DNA of 64,000 nt. Origin: Candidatus Doudnabacteria bacterium RIFCSPHIGHO2_02_FULL_42_25 (GTDB lineage Bacteria; Patescibacteriota; Doudnabacteria; UBA920; O2-02-FULL-48-8). The notes under the pieces are model-generated. The model did no database searches. It was not told the DNA's origin and worked only from the letters and a program-made list of their open reading frames with translations. This document shows positions 1 to 9,475 of the stretch, piece by piece. Location of the stretch: positions 10 through 64,009 of the forward strand of contig MFEQ01000004.1 of NCBI GenBank assembly GCA_001777665.1. Reading direction: 5' to 3'. The stretch's first letter is position 1. Every line of letters begins with the position of its first letter. A program made the translations under genes and the position numbers.

Positions 1-96
1 CACACAAAATTAAATGGACTAACTCCAGTCGAGAAGTTAGCCCAAAGTGTCATCATTGACTGTTAACTCTACATGGCTGTGTAATGCGAATTATCA

Positions 97-507
97 CTAT
101 TTTTGACCAATTCGTTCTATAAGGACCTCAAGGGATTTTCTAGTATTCTCTGTTAAATTTAATTCGAGGACTTTAGTAAGTGGGATCCAGTCAAAATCCT
201 CACCTTCATTTAAGACCATTTCGCTTTTTTTCAATTCACTCTCGATGACAAAAATATAGCTTTGTCTTTGAAATTTTTCGTTAAAATAGCTCCGTAAGGG
301 TTCTATCTTTCCAGGATCAATCTCTATACTCAACTCTTCTTTCAACTCCCGGACTAAACATTGTTCTGGTGTCTCATTATTTTCGCTTGATCCACCAAAA
401 AAACTCCACAATCCAGGATTGAACTCTGCCTTCATATCGCGTTTTTGTAGCAAGACACTTTTGGTTTTTGGATTGTATAAAAACCCTCCCACAAAAAATC
501 CATCCAT
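97..507 (-). CDS. NUDIX hydrolase
   Basis: Nudix box GGSSENNETPEQCLVRELKEELSIE (GX5EX7REUXEE); 136 aa; last gene of a co-directional operon. Confidence 0.6.
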   Translation of the reverse strand: MDGFFVGGFLYNPKTKSVLLQKRDMKAEFNPGLWSFFGGSSENNETPEQCLVRELKEELSIEIDPGKIEPLRSYFNEKFQRQSYIFVIESELKKSEMVLNEGEDFDWIPLTKVLELNLTENTRKSLEVLIERIGQK

Positions 508-600
508 TATTGTTATCTACTGCTAATTATTAAATGCCGTGGTATTAAACAAACGTCAACTTGGCAAAGCAAGCGGTTCGTGCTGTAATGTGACTTAAAT

Positions 601-1368
601 TTATTTAAATAAATCAGTTAGTTCGTATACCATTCTCAATGATGTTGCATATGCAATACTCAAGGGTGTCCGTAGTGACCCTTTTTGCGTTCTCCCTGTT
701 TTATCATCAACGACATATGCTACATTATCAGCTCCCCAATTCATATTTCCATTAATTATACCAATGACTTTGTTACTATATTTACGAAAAAGAGGAGCAC
801 CGCTGTTCCCTCCTAAACTTATACTATTAATTTGTATGTGTTGATATCTTTCTCCGACCACCTCTGTATTTGGAAAACTTGAAACAATCCCTGTGTTAAT
901 TGCAAACGGAGTCTCCCTATTATCATAAGGAGGCGAAATAGGAAAACCGGCAAAAAATACATGATCATCATAATTAATTTCTGCGTTAAAATCTAAATCA
1001 AAATATTTTATATCTTTTCCAAAATTTTCATCACTCAATTTTAGTAGAACAATATCAAATTTATGATTATGTTTCTTAAGTTTTAAACTAGCAGTAGTTT
1101 TATCCGGAAATTCTATTATTACACTTTTTACCGATTGCGCGAACCATTTGTCAAGTTTTTCATGTTCATTTAGACCAATTATTTGCTGATACTCGCTAGT
1201 GTTTTTTAATTTCGAAAACCCTTGTCCAAAAGCCACATGAAAACAAGTTAAAAAATGGCCTTTATCATTAATAAAAAATCCGGAGCCAGTACTCCATCCA
1301 TTATTAGTATAATTTATTGTTACTCGAAGTATTCTATCTTTTTTAAACGGGACATTGTTGCTAAACAT
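601..1368 (-). CDS. Trypsin-like (S1 family) serine protease, cytoplasmic (no signal peptide)
   Basis: His motif TCFHVA, Asp in DIVLLKL, Ser motif GGNSGAPLF; 19-bp gap to upstream gene. Confidence 0.6.
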   Translation of the reverse strand: MFSNNVPFKKDRILRVTINYTNNGWSTGSGFFINDKGHFLTCFHVAFGQGFSKLKNTSEYQQIIGLNEHEKLDKWFAQSVKSVIIEFPDKTTASLKLKKHNHKFDIVLLKLSDENFGKDIKYFDLDFNAEINYDDHVFFAGFPISPPYDNRETPFAINTGIVSSFPNTEVVGERYQHIQINSISLGGNSGAPLFRKYSNKVIGIINGNMNWGADNVAYVVDDKTGRTQKGSLRTPLSIAYATSLRMVYELTDLFK

Positions 1369-1386
1369 ATATATAAGGCAATAATA

Positions 1387-2478
1387 TTATTTTCCGGATT
1401 TAGTTCGATTGTCTAATTTACATAACATCTGGCAGTTTTGTGCAATTGTCTTACCACCTTCGTGCCAAGGAGTGATATGATCCGCTTCCATTTCTTCGAT
1501 ATCATAATGCTTCTTGCATTTTGGACAAATTTCATCTTGCCGCTCATAAGCCTCGCGCTTCATTTTGTCAGTAAAGGCCCGGATATTAAGATATTTTTCT
1601 TGTCTTGTAAGCACGTAGGGATATATGCCGGATTTTTTCGTCACATCTTCATCTTGCATGAGATTCTTGATTTCAACTTCTAGCTTTTTTGGATCAAGTT
1701 TCTTATCTTTGAATTCATTATACAACTCGCCCCAATTCACCACCGCCATCTCGTTTCGATAATTCGGAAACGTTTTTCGCACCCACGCAACCACGTCTTG
1801 AAAATATCCCCACAGTTCGTCAGCATTTTTATCTTTCTGATGATTCGCCATATAATCCGCGATCTCGCCGTTGTTTATCCACGAAAGTGCTGTTTCCAAA
1901 TACTCCTGTCGAATTGGCGTGCCGTTTACTAATTTTCCACCATCATTTGCCAAGCGATATGCTACGCAATTTGATTTACTAAATTTCATTTTTGCGTCGC
2001 TTAACCATGGACCAGTGTAAACAGCATTACGGATTTCCTGATCATTCACCTTCTCGCCATAAGTATTAATAATAGTGAACCAGTCTATTCGCTCCTTATC
2101 AGTCCCTTCGCAAAAATAAACCATAAGTTCGTAATCCAAAATCTCGTCCTGTTCCTCTTTGGTTAAATTATGGAAAAAACGATCGTTCAGAGAAAAATCA
2201 CCCGTAACATATTGTCCGATACTAATGGTGCGCTGTTGACCATCTAACACTTCATATCCGCCGTCGTCCCTAATCATCCAGTACATCACATTTAGCGGGA
2301 AGCCGCTTTTGATAGTTTCGATCACTGCTTTGCTTTGTTCTGGCTTGTATACAAACTCACGCTGATATTTGGGCCGAATATCCAATTTGCCACCATAAGC
2401 AACCACGCCTTCTTCAGCGCTATCTTTATAACCCTTAACTATTTCACGAATTGCAATTTTATGCGGTTCAATTTTCAT
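1387..2478 (-). CDS. DUF262 (ParB-like nuclease, DGQQR motif) fused to C-terminal HNH endonuclease; GmrSD-like
   Basis: VLDGQQRTISI near N-term; C-term CPKCKK...DHITPWHEGG...NCQMLC HNH/zinc finger. Confidence 0.6.
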   Translation of the reverse strand: MKIEPHKIAIREIVKGYKDSAEEGVVAYGGKLDIRPKYQREFVYKPEQSKAVIETIKSGFPLNVMYWMIRDDGGYEVLDGQQRTISIGQYVTGDFSLNDRFFHNLTKEEQDEILDYELMVYFCEGTDKERIDWFTIINTYGEKVNDQEIRNAVYTGPWLSDAKMKFSKSNCVAYRLANDGGKLVNGTPIRQEYLETALSWINNGEIADYMANHQKDKNADELWGYFQDVVAWVRKTFPNYRNEMAVVNWGELYNEFKDKKLDPKKLEVEIKNLMQDEDVTKKSGIYPYVLTRQEKYLNIRAFTDKMKREAYERQDEICPKCKKHYDIEEMEADHITPWHEGGKTIAQNCQMLCKLDNRTKSGK

Positions 2479-2513
2479 ACTAATTTTCTTAATATTTAAA
2501 TGTAACTATTTTT

Positions 2514-3620
2514 TCACTTCTTATTTTTTATGATGATTCTCATATAAATAAACCTGAATCGATTTCCTTCTTTAACTATAGGACTACCATTTAAATCATT
2601 AAAATTATCACCGTCTTCTTTGGTATAGATCTTTATCTTTAAATTATACGGATCATTTCTATGCGTTAATCCAATTATCTCAAACTGTTCGGGGCTATAT
2701 TTATTCAAAAAAGTGATCGGCACACCTATTGCGCCATAATAATCCGTAGGGATATCGGAAACTTTCGAAACCTCTATTGCATCGTAATTATCGTATTTTG
2801 GAAATTCTTCTGAGGTGTATTTTTTATAAAGATCAAGCTTTTCATGTCGTTTCTCCGTATCAAGGTTTGTGTACCAATTGACAGCTGGGACTTTTACATA
2901 TCCATCATTTGGATTATATCCTTTCCCTTTAACAAACTGCTTGTTGGCTTCAAGGTTGTTGTTATAAGGTGTCTTATATACCATTGACATATTAAAACCG
3001 TAACCAGACCACAATTTATTTTGTTTTATTAATCCGAAAACATCTTTATACGTAATAGCGTTCATGTTCCCTAAAATCAAAAACTTTTTATCGTGTTCAA
3101 CAAGCTGAGCTAGGTATTCACGAAAAAGAGAAAATGGTGGATTAGTGACGACGATGTCGGCTTCTTTGAGTAGTTCGATACATTCAGCGCTTCGGAAATC
3201 ACCAGAGCCTTTTAGCGGAGTGGCAACATTAGCATCGTTTTTAAGCAACCATTCTACATCAGATAAACCAACGGAACCGTCGGCGTCTGCATCTGGGACT
3301 TTATTTATTTCTATCTTTAATGGCTGTTTGCCTTTTGATCCAGCCACTTGGAGCAACGGCAACTGACCGCCAACAATTGGCGAACCGCTATAACTCGTGG
3401 TAATGAGCTTCTTGAGCTTTAATTCGTTGAATTTAGAAGCGAAATATTTAAAAAAATTGCTTTCAAATGGATCATCGCAATTACAATATACAACTTTGCC
3501 GCGAAATTGATCTTTGTAGTGCTTCAGCTCTTTTTCAATATCAACTAACTGAGTATAAAACTCATCTTTTTTGGCCTGGCTTGCCTTATGTAAATTTTTA
3601 TTTGATGATTTTTTTTCCAT
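2514..3620 (-). CDS. N6-adenine methyltransferase (gamma-class-like), probably DNA
   Basis: N-terminal DEFYTQ (FxTP-like motif X) and catalytic IVVTNPPFS (motif IV); starts 10 bp after secA stop. Confidence 0.55.
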   Translation of the reverse strand: MEKKSSNKNLHKASQAKKDEFYTQLVDIEKELKHYKDQFRGKVVYCNCDDPFESNFFKYFASKFNELKLKKLITTSYSGSPIVGGQLPLLQVAGSKGKQPLKIEINKVPDADADGSVGLSDVEWLLKNDANVATPLKGSGDFRSAECIELLKEADIVVTNPPFSLFREYLAQLVEHDKKFLILGNMNAITYKDVFGLIKQNKLWSGYGFNMSMVYKTPYNNNLEANKQFVKGKGYNPNDGYVKVPAVNWYTNLDTEKRHEKLDLYKKYTSEEFPKYDNYDAIEVSKVSDIPTDYYGAIGVPITFLNKYSPEQFEIIGLTHRNDPYNLKIKIYTKEDGDNFNDLNGSPIVKEGNRFRFIYMRIIIKNKK

Positions 3621-3629
3621 AAATGCAAA

Positions 3630-6248
3630 TCAAACACCACCTTGCTTCTTGACAAGATTATTTTTATGCTCTTCAGTATTCAATAGCCCGCATTTCTTCC
3701 ATTTTTTACCACTACCGCAGGGGCAGGGGTCGTTGCGGCCGATTTCTGATCCTTGATCATTGTTACGTGTTACGGGGCTTACAGGCTGAGGAGTGACGTC
3801 GACTCGGAAAATTGTGTACGCGACTTGTCGATTTATTTCATCGAGTAATCTGCCAAATATTTCAAACCCTTCGTTTTTGAATTCGTGTAGTGGATCGCGT
3901 TGGCCGTATCCTCGGAGTCTCACTGAATCACGTAAATGCTCCATGGTGTCCAGATGTTCTTGCCAGAGGACATCGATGGCTCTGAGATAAACCACTCGCT
4001 CTAACTGACGCATCACTGGTGCTCCTAGTTTTTGCTCTTTCTTCTCGTACTCTCGCATCGCGAGATTGACGAAGTGTTGAGTCAGAACTTCCTGATCCAG
4101 GGATTTATTTTCATCCACATCGTGTTGCAGTGGGACTATGGTTCCGATTTCATGAAAAATCTTGTGGGAATCAACTTGTTCTTGGGCTAAACCAAAGTTT
4201 ACTATGTTCGTAATTTCTTTTACTAACATATCTTTAATTTGAGCACTTAGATCGGTTTGGGGATCGAGAGATTGTTTACGCTTACCATAAATAACCGTGC
4301 GCTGTTTATTCATGACATCGTCATATTCCAACACATGTTTTCTCATGTCGAAGTTTAACCCTTCAATCTTTTTCTGCGCTGATTCGATGGATTTGGAAAT
4401 TAACGCAGCTTCAATTGGTTGATCTTCAGGAATACCCAAAGTCTCCATCATCTTCCCTACCCGATCTCCGCCGAACAATCTCATCAGATCATCTTCGAGG
4501 GACAAGAAAAATTGCGAAGAACCAGGATCGCCCTGTCGGCCAGAACGTCCTCGCAACTGATTGTCGATACGTCTGGATTCATGACGTTCAGTTCCGATAA
4601 CTGCAAGACCTCCTAATTCTTTCACACGAGCTTGTTCCTCCGGATCTGCCGGGTTTCCACCCAAAATAATGTCGACTCCTCGACCTGCAATGTTTGTAGC
4701 TAGGGTTACTGACCCCAAACGCCCTGCTTGAGCGATTATATGGGCTTCACGCTCGTTATTCTTCGCATTTAGGAGCTCATGAGGCACTCCGGCTTGCTTG
4801 AGCAATTGCGACAATAATTCGTTCTTTTCGATAGATATAGTACCAATCAGAATAGGTCGCCCAGTTGAGTGGATTTCCTTAATGGCGCGAACTAGGGCCG
4901 TGAATTTTCCTTTTACGTTTTTGTAAACTTGATCCGGCAAATCTTTTCTGATCATCGGTCGGTGTGTCGGGATCAATACTACTTCGAGGTTATAAATTTT
5001 ATGAAATTCTTCGGCTTCGGTTTCAGCAGTACCAGTCATACCGGCCAATTTTTTGTACAAACGGAAATAGTTCTGGAAAGTGATGGTAGCGAGAGTTTTA
5101 CTTTCTTGCTGAACTTTCACACCTTCTTTGGCTTCGATGGCTTGGTGCAAGCCTTCAGAATATCGACGGCCAAACATCAGACGCCCGGTAAATTCATCGA
5201 CTATAACTACTTCCCCTTCTCGAACGACGTAATTGATGTCTTTTTTAAATAAAGTTTTGGCACGGAGTGCGGCATCAGCTTGATGTCGAAGTTTAGGATC
5301 ATTATAAATCGCATCACCGTACTTTTTTTCTAATTTCACATTGCCTTTTTCAGAGAAAGCGACCTGCTTTTTCTTTTCATCTACAACGTAATCATCAGGG
5401 CTAAGTGAAGTAATGACTTTTGCAAACTCAGAATACATATCTGTCGAATCAGTATCAGGGGCGGAAATGATGAGCGGGGTTCTAGCTTCATCAATCAAAA
5501 TCGAGTCGACTTCGTCTACGATAGCATAGTGCAAATCTCGTTGTGACATTTGATTCGGATCCCAGACCATGTTGTCGCGCAAATAATCAAACCCATATTC
5601 GTTATTTGTGCCATAAGTGATATCAGAAGCATATGCTTGTCTTCGTGGCACTGGGCGCATATGTTTGACGTCCAGGACCAATCCTTGCACTCCGGCTTCA
5701 ATCTGTTTGATTTCTTCTTCTTCTGGTTTGAAAGTCGGGTCATAGATAAACGACTGCTCGTGTTGGATCGAAGCAACTGACATTCCCAAGTAGTGATAAA
5801 TCTGGCCCATCCAAGAAGCCTGCCATCTGGAGAGATAATCGTTAACTGTGACCAGATGCACTCCTCGGCCAGTTAGAGCGTTAAGGTATAGCGGAAGTGT
5901 AGCAACCAAAGTTTTTCCTTCTCCAGTTCTCATTTCAGCGATAGCGCCAGTGTGAAGCACCATGCCACCGATTAGCTGCACATCATAGTGGCGCTGACCA
6001 ATGGTTCGTTTTGATGCTTCTCTCACCGCTGCAAAAGCTTGAGGTAATAATTCTTCCAATTTGGCTTTTTGCTGATCTAAATCCAAACTCGCCAACTGTG
6101 CTTTCCATTTAACAGTTAGTGCTTTGAGATCGTCTTGTGATTTGGATTCAAATTCTTTTTCCAGGGAGTTGATTTCATCAACTTTTTTCTGGAGTCGTTT
6201 GACTACAGCCTGGTTCGAATCTGAAAATAAATTACTAAAAAATGCCAT
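3630..6248 (-). CDS. secA: Preprotein translocase ATPase SecA
   Basis: 872 aa; DEAD-like motor, C-terminal CPCGSGKKWKKC zinc-binding tail. Confidence 0.95.
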   Translation of the reverse strand: MAFFSNLFSDSNQAVVKRLQKKVDEINSLEKEFESKSQDDLKALTVKWKAQLASLDLDQQKAKLEELLPQAFAAVREASKRTIGQRHYDVQLIGGMVLHTGAIAEMRTGEGKTLVATLPLYLNALTGRGVHLVTVNDYLSRWQASWMGQIYHYLGMSVASIQHEQSFIYDPTFKPEEEEIKQIEAGVQGLVLDVKHMRPVPRRQAYASDITYGTNNEYGFDYLRDNMVWDPNQMSQRDLHYAIVDEVDSILIDEARTPLIISAPDTDSTDMYSEFAKVITSLSPDDYVVDEKKKQVAFSEKGNVKLEKKYGDAIYNDPKLRHQADAALRAKTLFKKDINYVVREGEVVIVDEFTGRLMFGRRYSEGLHQAIEAKEGVKVQQESKTLATITFQNYFRLYKKLAGMTGTAETEAEEFHKIYNLEVVLIPTHRPMIRKDLPDQVYKNVKGKFTALVRAIKEIHSTGRPILIGTISIEKNELLSQLLKQAGVPHELLNAKNNEREAHIIAQAGRLGSVTLATNIAGRGVDIILGGNPADPEEQARVKELGGLAVIGTERHESRRIDNQLRGRSGRQGDPGSSQFFLSLEDDLMRLFGGDRVGKMMETLGIPEDQPIEAALISKSIESAQKKIEGLNFDMRKHVLEYDDVMNKQRTVIYGKRKQSLDPQTDLSAQIKDMLVKEITNIVNFGLAQEQVDSHKIFHEIGTIVPLQHDVDENKSLDQEVLTQHFVNLAMREYEKKEQKLGAPVMRQLERVVYLRAIDVLWQEHLDTMEHLRDSVRLRGYGQRDPLHEFKNEGFEIFGRLLDEINRQVAYTIFRVDVTPQPVSPVTRNNDQGSEIGRNDPCPCGSGKKWKKCGLLNTEEHKNNLVKKQGGV

Positions 6249-6255
6249 ATAATCC

Positions 6256-6292
6256 GGCTACGAACTTACGAATAAATACGAAAGTACGAAAA
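6256..6292. repeat. TACGAA direct-repeat array (left arm), inverted relative to 6689-6726
   Basis: cTACGAAcTTACGAAtaaaTACGAAagTACGAAaat. Confidence 0.55.
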
Positions 6293-6688
6293 TTAGTTAA
6301 TATTTAATATTCTACGAAATTTCACACCCTCTCTTGTAAAATTTGCTAAGATACCAAGCTTCAAATCGTTTGCTTTAAGATATGCCACCACTTGCTCGAT
6401 ATTTTTCTTTGAAAAGGGCTTATCTTTCTTAATTTCAATTGCTATCTTGGATTCGACAACAAAATCTATATAATATCTACCGATTGATTCACCTTTGTAC
6501 GTTAATGGAACAAATGCTTGTTCTTGAAACTTTATTTTTCTTTTGGCAAATTCTAAAGCCACCGACTTTTGATAATATTTCTCTTGGTAGCCACTCCCTA
6601 GTTCTCTGAACACTTCGATCAAAACTCCGACGATCGCATAACTTAGCTCTGGATACACAAGATCTTGTCTACGAAGACCCGTCTGCAT
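6293..6688 (-). CDS. GxxExxY family protein (PD-(D/E)XK nuclease fold)
   Basis: 131 aa; invariant GxxExxY region (ELGSGYQEKYY), EIK nuclease-like core; flanked by inverted TACGAA repeat arrays. Confidence 0.55.
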   Translation of the reverse strand: MQTGLRRQDLVYPELSYAIVGVLIEVFRELGSGYQEKYYQKSVALEFAKRKIKFQEQAFVPLTYKGESIGRYYIDFVVESKIAIEIKKDKPFSKKNIEQVVAYLKANDLKLGILANFTREGVKFRRILNIN

Positions 6689-6726
6689 TTTTTCGTATTT
6701 TCGTAATATTTAGTACTTTCGTAGCC
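6689..6726. repeat. TACGAA repeat array (right arm, inverted)
   Basis: ttttcgtattttcgtaatatttagtactttcgtagcc. Confidence 0.55.
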
Positions 6727-6808
6727 GTCCTATTATACAAAAACCCGGGCAAAAAGAAAAGGCCGAACTTCTGTGCGTCCGACCACGTGATTGCCTTCCA
6801 CGGACCGA

Positions 6809-7057
6809 TCATCCTTCGAGGAGTTCCAGCTTCTGGTTAGCATCCGTGAGCTTTTGCTGGAGATCACCAGCAAACCTCCGAAGAGAACCAGCGACCAGGG
6901 CCATGTCAGGGATTTCCTTGTTGATCTCGTTGTACGCCACTATCAAGCCATTGTCGGCAAGATAGCGTGAGAGCTCGACTCTCTTGTTTTCGGTAAGCTT
7001 TTCGCTCATATCCTCCTCCACGAGGATCAATATATGCTGTCTCTGACTTATTGTCAA
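6809..7057 (-). CDS. Hypothetical small protein (GC-rich island)
   Basis: 82 aa ORF; locally much higher GC than neighbours; palindromic motif 30 bp upstream. Confidence 0.3.
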   Translation of the reverse strand: MTISQRQHILILVEEDMSEKLTENKRVELSRYLADNGLIVAYNEINKEIPDMALVAGSLRRFAGDLQQKLTDANQKLELLEG

Positions 7058-7084
7058 TCTAACTGATTAAATATACAAACGGCA

Positions 7085-7121
7085 ATTTGCTACCATACTT
7101 GGTAGTATAGTAACATTTGCC
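7085..7121. promoter_or_regulatory. Palindromic motif TGCTACCATAC-TTGGTAG-TATRGTARCA (copy 1, degenerate)
   Basis: Near-identical 37-bp sequence at 42811-42847; both sit upstream of minus-strand genes. Confidence 0.4.
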
Positions 7122-7194
7122 CAGATGATTATTAGTCAAAATGAAAAGGCCACTATAGACCCTTTCGGGCTTATTGTCAATTCTAAACTAAAGT

Positions 7195-7785
7195 TTATTT
7201 CTGATCTTCGGGTGGACTTAAATCTACTTCTAAATAATCGTGAGGTTCGTTCCCCATCCATCTTTCCACTACTCGCAAACGTTTCGCGCCATGCATTCGT
7301 TGCATCAACTTACCGACCAACTCATCAGCTCGAGTATGCATAGTAATTGCTTTTAATCCCTGTTCTTTTGCTTTTTCAACTGTTGCTTGAAATATCTTCC
7401 CGAAATTTCCACTAGCTCTAGCCTCTTCTAAAATTGCAGCATCATATACATAAAGTTTATCTTTTTCGTTCTGAAAATCAGCATCTTGACCATATTCAGG
7501 GTCATCTTCTATAAAATCCTCATAGAATTCCGAGTTGGGTGCTGAAGCCATAAATCCGACCACTGTTCCTTCAGCATTCTTTAAAACAACGTTTATTGAG
7601 CCTGATTTCTCTAAACTAGTTTTTAAGTCTTCTTCATCCAACCGAAAATCCTCAGGAAAAACTTGAGTTTCCACGGCATATATTTCTTGAAAAATTTTTT
7701 CATCCAAATGCTCCAAAACCTCGACCCGATATTCTGGTCGTGTTTCTGAAGGAGGTAACGGTGGACGGCGGTCAGGATTCACCAT
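7195..7785 (-). CDS. Hypothetical protein (possible GNAT-like acetyltransferase)
   Basis: 196 aa; weak GNAT-like C-terminal segment; no firm motif. Confidence 0.35.
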   Translation of the reverse strand: MVNPDRRPPLPPSETRPEYRVEVLEHLDEKIFQEIYAVETQVFPEDFRLDEEDLKTSLEKSGSINVVLKNAEGTVVGFMASAPNSEFYEDFIEDDPEYGQDADFQNEKDKLYVYDAAILEEARASGNFGKIFQATVEKAKEQGLKAITMHTRADELVGKLMQRMHGAKRLRVVERWMGNEPHDYLEVDLSPPEDQK

Positions 7786-7786
7786 A

Positions 7787-9133
7787 CTAAGTATTCAAAT
7801 ATCCCCACGACTGGAGAAGGTCGGATTCGTTGAGCCAGCGCTCCCCGATGTCGACGCGATAAAACATGTTTTGTAAACGAATATTTTTTATACGATTGTA
7901 TGCTTGCCTTCGAGCGTCTTCAACTGTGGTGCCAGTGCCGGTAACTACCAATGCATACCCAGAAACTCCGGCTAACTGCAAAGTATTGTCCACCATTTTC
8001 AAATCCCCGATGTGTATACCATCAAGATTTGGATTTGGTCGACGGAAAAGTATCGATAAATCTTTATATGTCGAAATATCATCTGGGTCATCGGAAAGAT
8101 ACGAAGATACGGCACAACAAATGCCGAGTTGGAATCCTTTTTTGGTTGGAATCTCAAATTTTTCTCCACTTGCCAGTCGGTATAGAAATTCTCCAAACGG
8201 TAATTCCATACCAGTTGTTTGGACACTCGCTGTCGGATATCCAAATCGCGAAGTAAATTCCAGTGGATAAATTCCACGGGCATTCACGATACAATTAATA
8301 TCAAAATACCCGACATAATTGGCTTTAGCCAAATCAGTAACCATTTTATCGAGAGTCGCTTTAAACATAGCATTTGGTTGACTCCAAAACATCAGTGAAC
8401 CCATGTCCCCTGTCAGGGGCCCTATGTCTCCTGGAAATAATCGTTTAAATTCAAAATTGACATTGATCGGGTACAAAAACTCTTTGCCATTAAAATATCC
8501 ACCGACAGCGATCTCGACACCAGCAGCATAACGCTGGAGTTGAAAAGTTTTGATTTTACTTTTCCAGGCTTTTTTATTTGAAATCAAAAGTTCCAAAATA
8601 TCTCGGCCATCATCTTCTTCCCCGATAAACAACAAATCTTTATGATTTTGAGCGTGCCCGCTAGGTTTGAAAACATAACGGCTTGGGTTTTTTTGGATAA
8701 ACTCAATGGCTGCATCAAAATTCGTAAAATACCAATGCGGCAGAACATTCATACCAACTCGTTTCATTTCTGTCTGCCCAAATTCTCGGTTGTCTTCCAG
8801 ACTGTCTGTATATTTGCTTCCGCCAACCACGAGCTTACCTTTTTTACGCAAAGCATCAGCTAATTTACCAAACCCGACGTCATCAAAAACGATGATATCA
8901 GCCCAGTCGACATGATCTTCCCATTTTTTTACTTTATCTAAAATACCATCGTAAACGTCGACATCAGCTTCTCGTTCGATGTAAGCTTTTACTTCATGAC
9001 CTTCTTTTTGAACTTTCCAAGCAATATCGCCTGACAAGCTCTCAAAAGATACAAAAAGAAATTTTCGTGATGGTTTAGTTGGCAAAACAGCTTCTACGCT
9101 GGTCGTACTGCCATTACCGTTAGTGGTTCCCAT
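7787..9133 (-). CDS. ATP-grasp protein, phosphoribosylamine--glycine ligase (PurD) family
   Basis: C-terminal AYNRIKNIRLQNMFYRVDIG resembles PurD signature AYxxxxxIxFxGxxYRxDIG; N-term DIAWKVQKEGHEV like PurD ALAWKL. Confidence 0.5.
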   Translation of the reverse strand: MGTTNGNGSTTSVEAVLPTKPSRKFLFVSFESLSGDIAWKVQKEGHEVKAYIEREADVDVYDGILDKVKKWEDHVDWADIIVFDDVGFGKLADALRKKGKLVVGGSKYTDSLEDNREFGQTEMKRVGMNVLPHWYFTNFDAAIEFIQKNPSRYVFKPSGHAQNHKDLLFIGEEDDGRDILELLISNKKAWKSKIKTFQLQRYAAGVEIAVGGYFNGKEFLYPINVNFEFKRLFPGDIGPLTGDMGSLMFWSQPNAMFKATLDKMVTDLAKANYVGYFDINCIVNARGIYPLEFTSRFGYPTASVQTTGMELPFGEFLYRLASGEKFEIPTKKGFQLGICCAVSSYLSDDPDDISTYKDLSILFRRPNPNLDGIHIGDLKMVDNTLQLAGVSGYALVVTGTGTTVEDARRQAYNRIKNIRLQNMFYRVDIGERWLNESDLLQSWGYLNT

Positions 9134-9139
9134 TATTGT

Positions 9140-9475
9140 TTAATTTTTCCTCTTAGCAGATCGTGCCCCTCGACGAGTCAACGTTTGCTTTTTATCTTTA
9201 AACTTTCCAATTTGATCTTTAATTTTCGGGATTACCAAATCAATCGCGGCATAAACGTCTTCTGCTCGGGTTTCTCCACGCATAACTTTCCCGCCGACGA
9301 TTAACATCACTTCTGCACGAAAAACTTGCCCGGATTTGTGATGTTTGTCACGCTCGAGCTCAACTTTCGCATCAGTGGCAACTATAAATTTTCCCAAGTT
9401 GCCAATTTTCTCATTCACATATTGTTTGACTGATGGCGTCAAACTCATATTCGTTCCTTTTATAGATATATTCAT
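9140..9475 (-). CDS. hpf: Ribosome hibernation promoting factor / sigma-54 modulation protein
   Basis: 111 aa; MNISIKGTNMSLTPSVKQYVNEKI... RaiA/HPF fold. Confidence 0.8.
   Translation of the reverse strand: MNISIKGTNMSLTPSVKQYVNEKIGNLGKFIVATDAKVELERDKHHKSGQVFRAEVMLIVGGKVMRGETRAEDVYAAIDLVIPKIKDQIGKFKDKKQTLTRRGARSAKRKN

Noticed and set aside
2514-3620. Classifying the MTase as part of a classical type II R-M pair with the DUF262-HNH protein as its restriction enzyme
   Set aside because: DUF262/HNH architecture is characteristic of modification-dependent (type IV) enzymes rather than type II REases; cannot decide from sequence alone, so reported as a candidate defence operon instead.
3145-5252. 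Multiple 60-135-aa plus-strand ORFs inside secA and the MTase, and similar antisense ORFs throughout
   Set aside because: Fully embedded antisense to long, well-supported genes; no independent signals (SD, promoter, conservation).
6213-6230. tRNA-like T-arm sequence GGTTCGAATCT
   Set aside because: Lies inside the secA coding region with no acceptor/anticodon stem partners; other TTCGAA hits are likewise inside ORFs. No convincing tRNA found in any intergenic gap.
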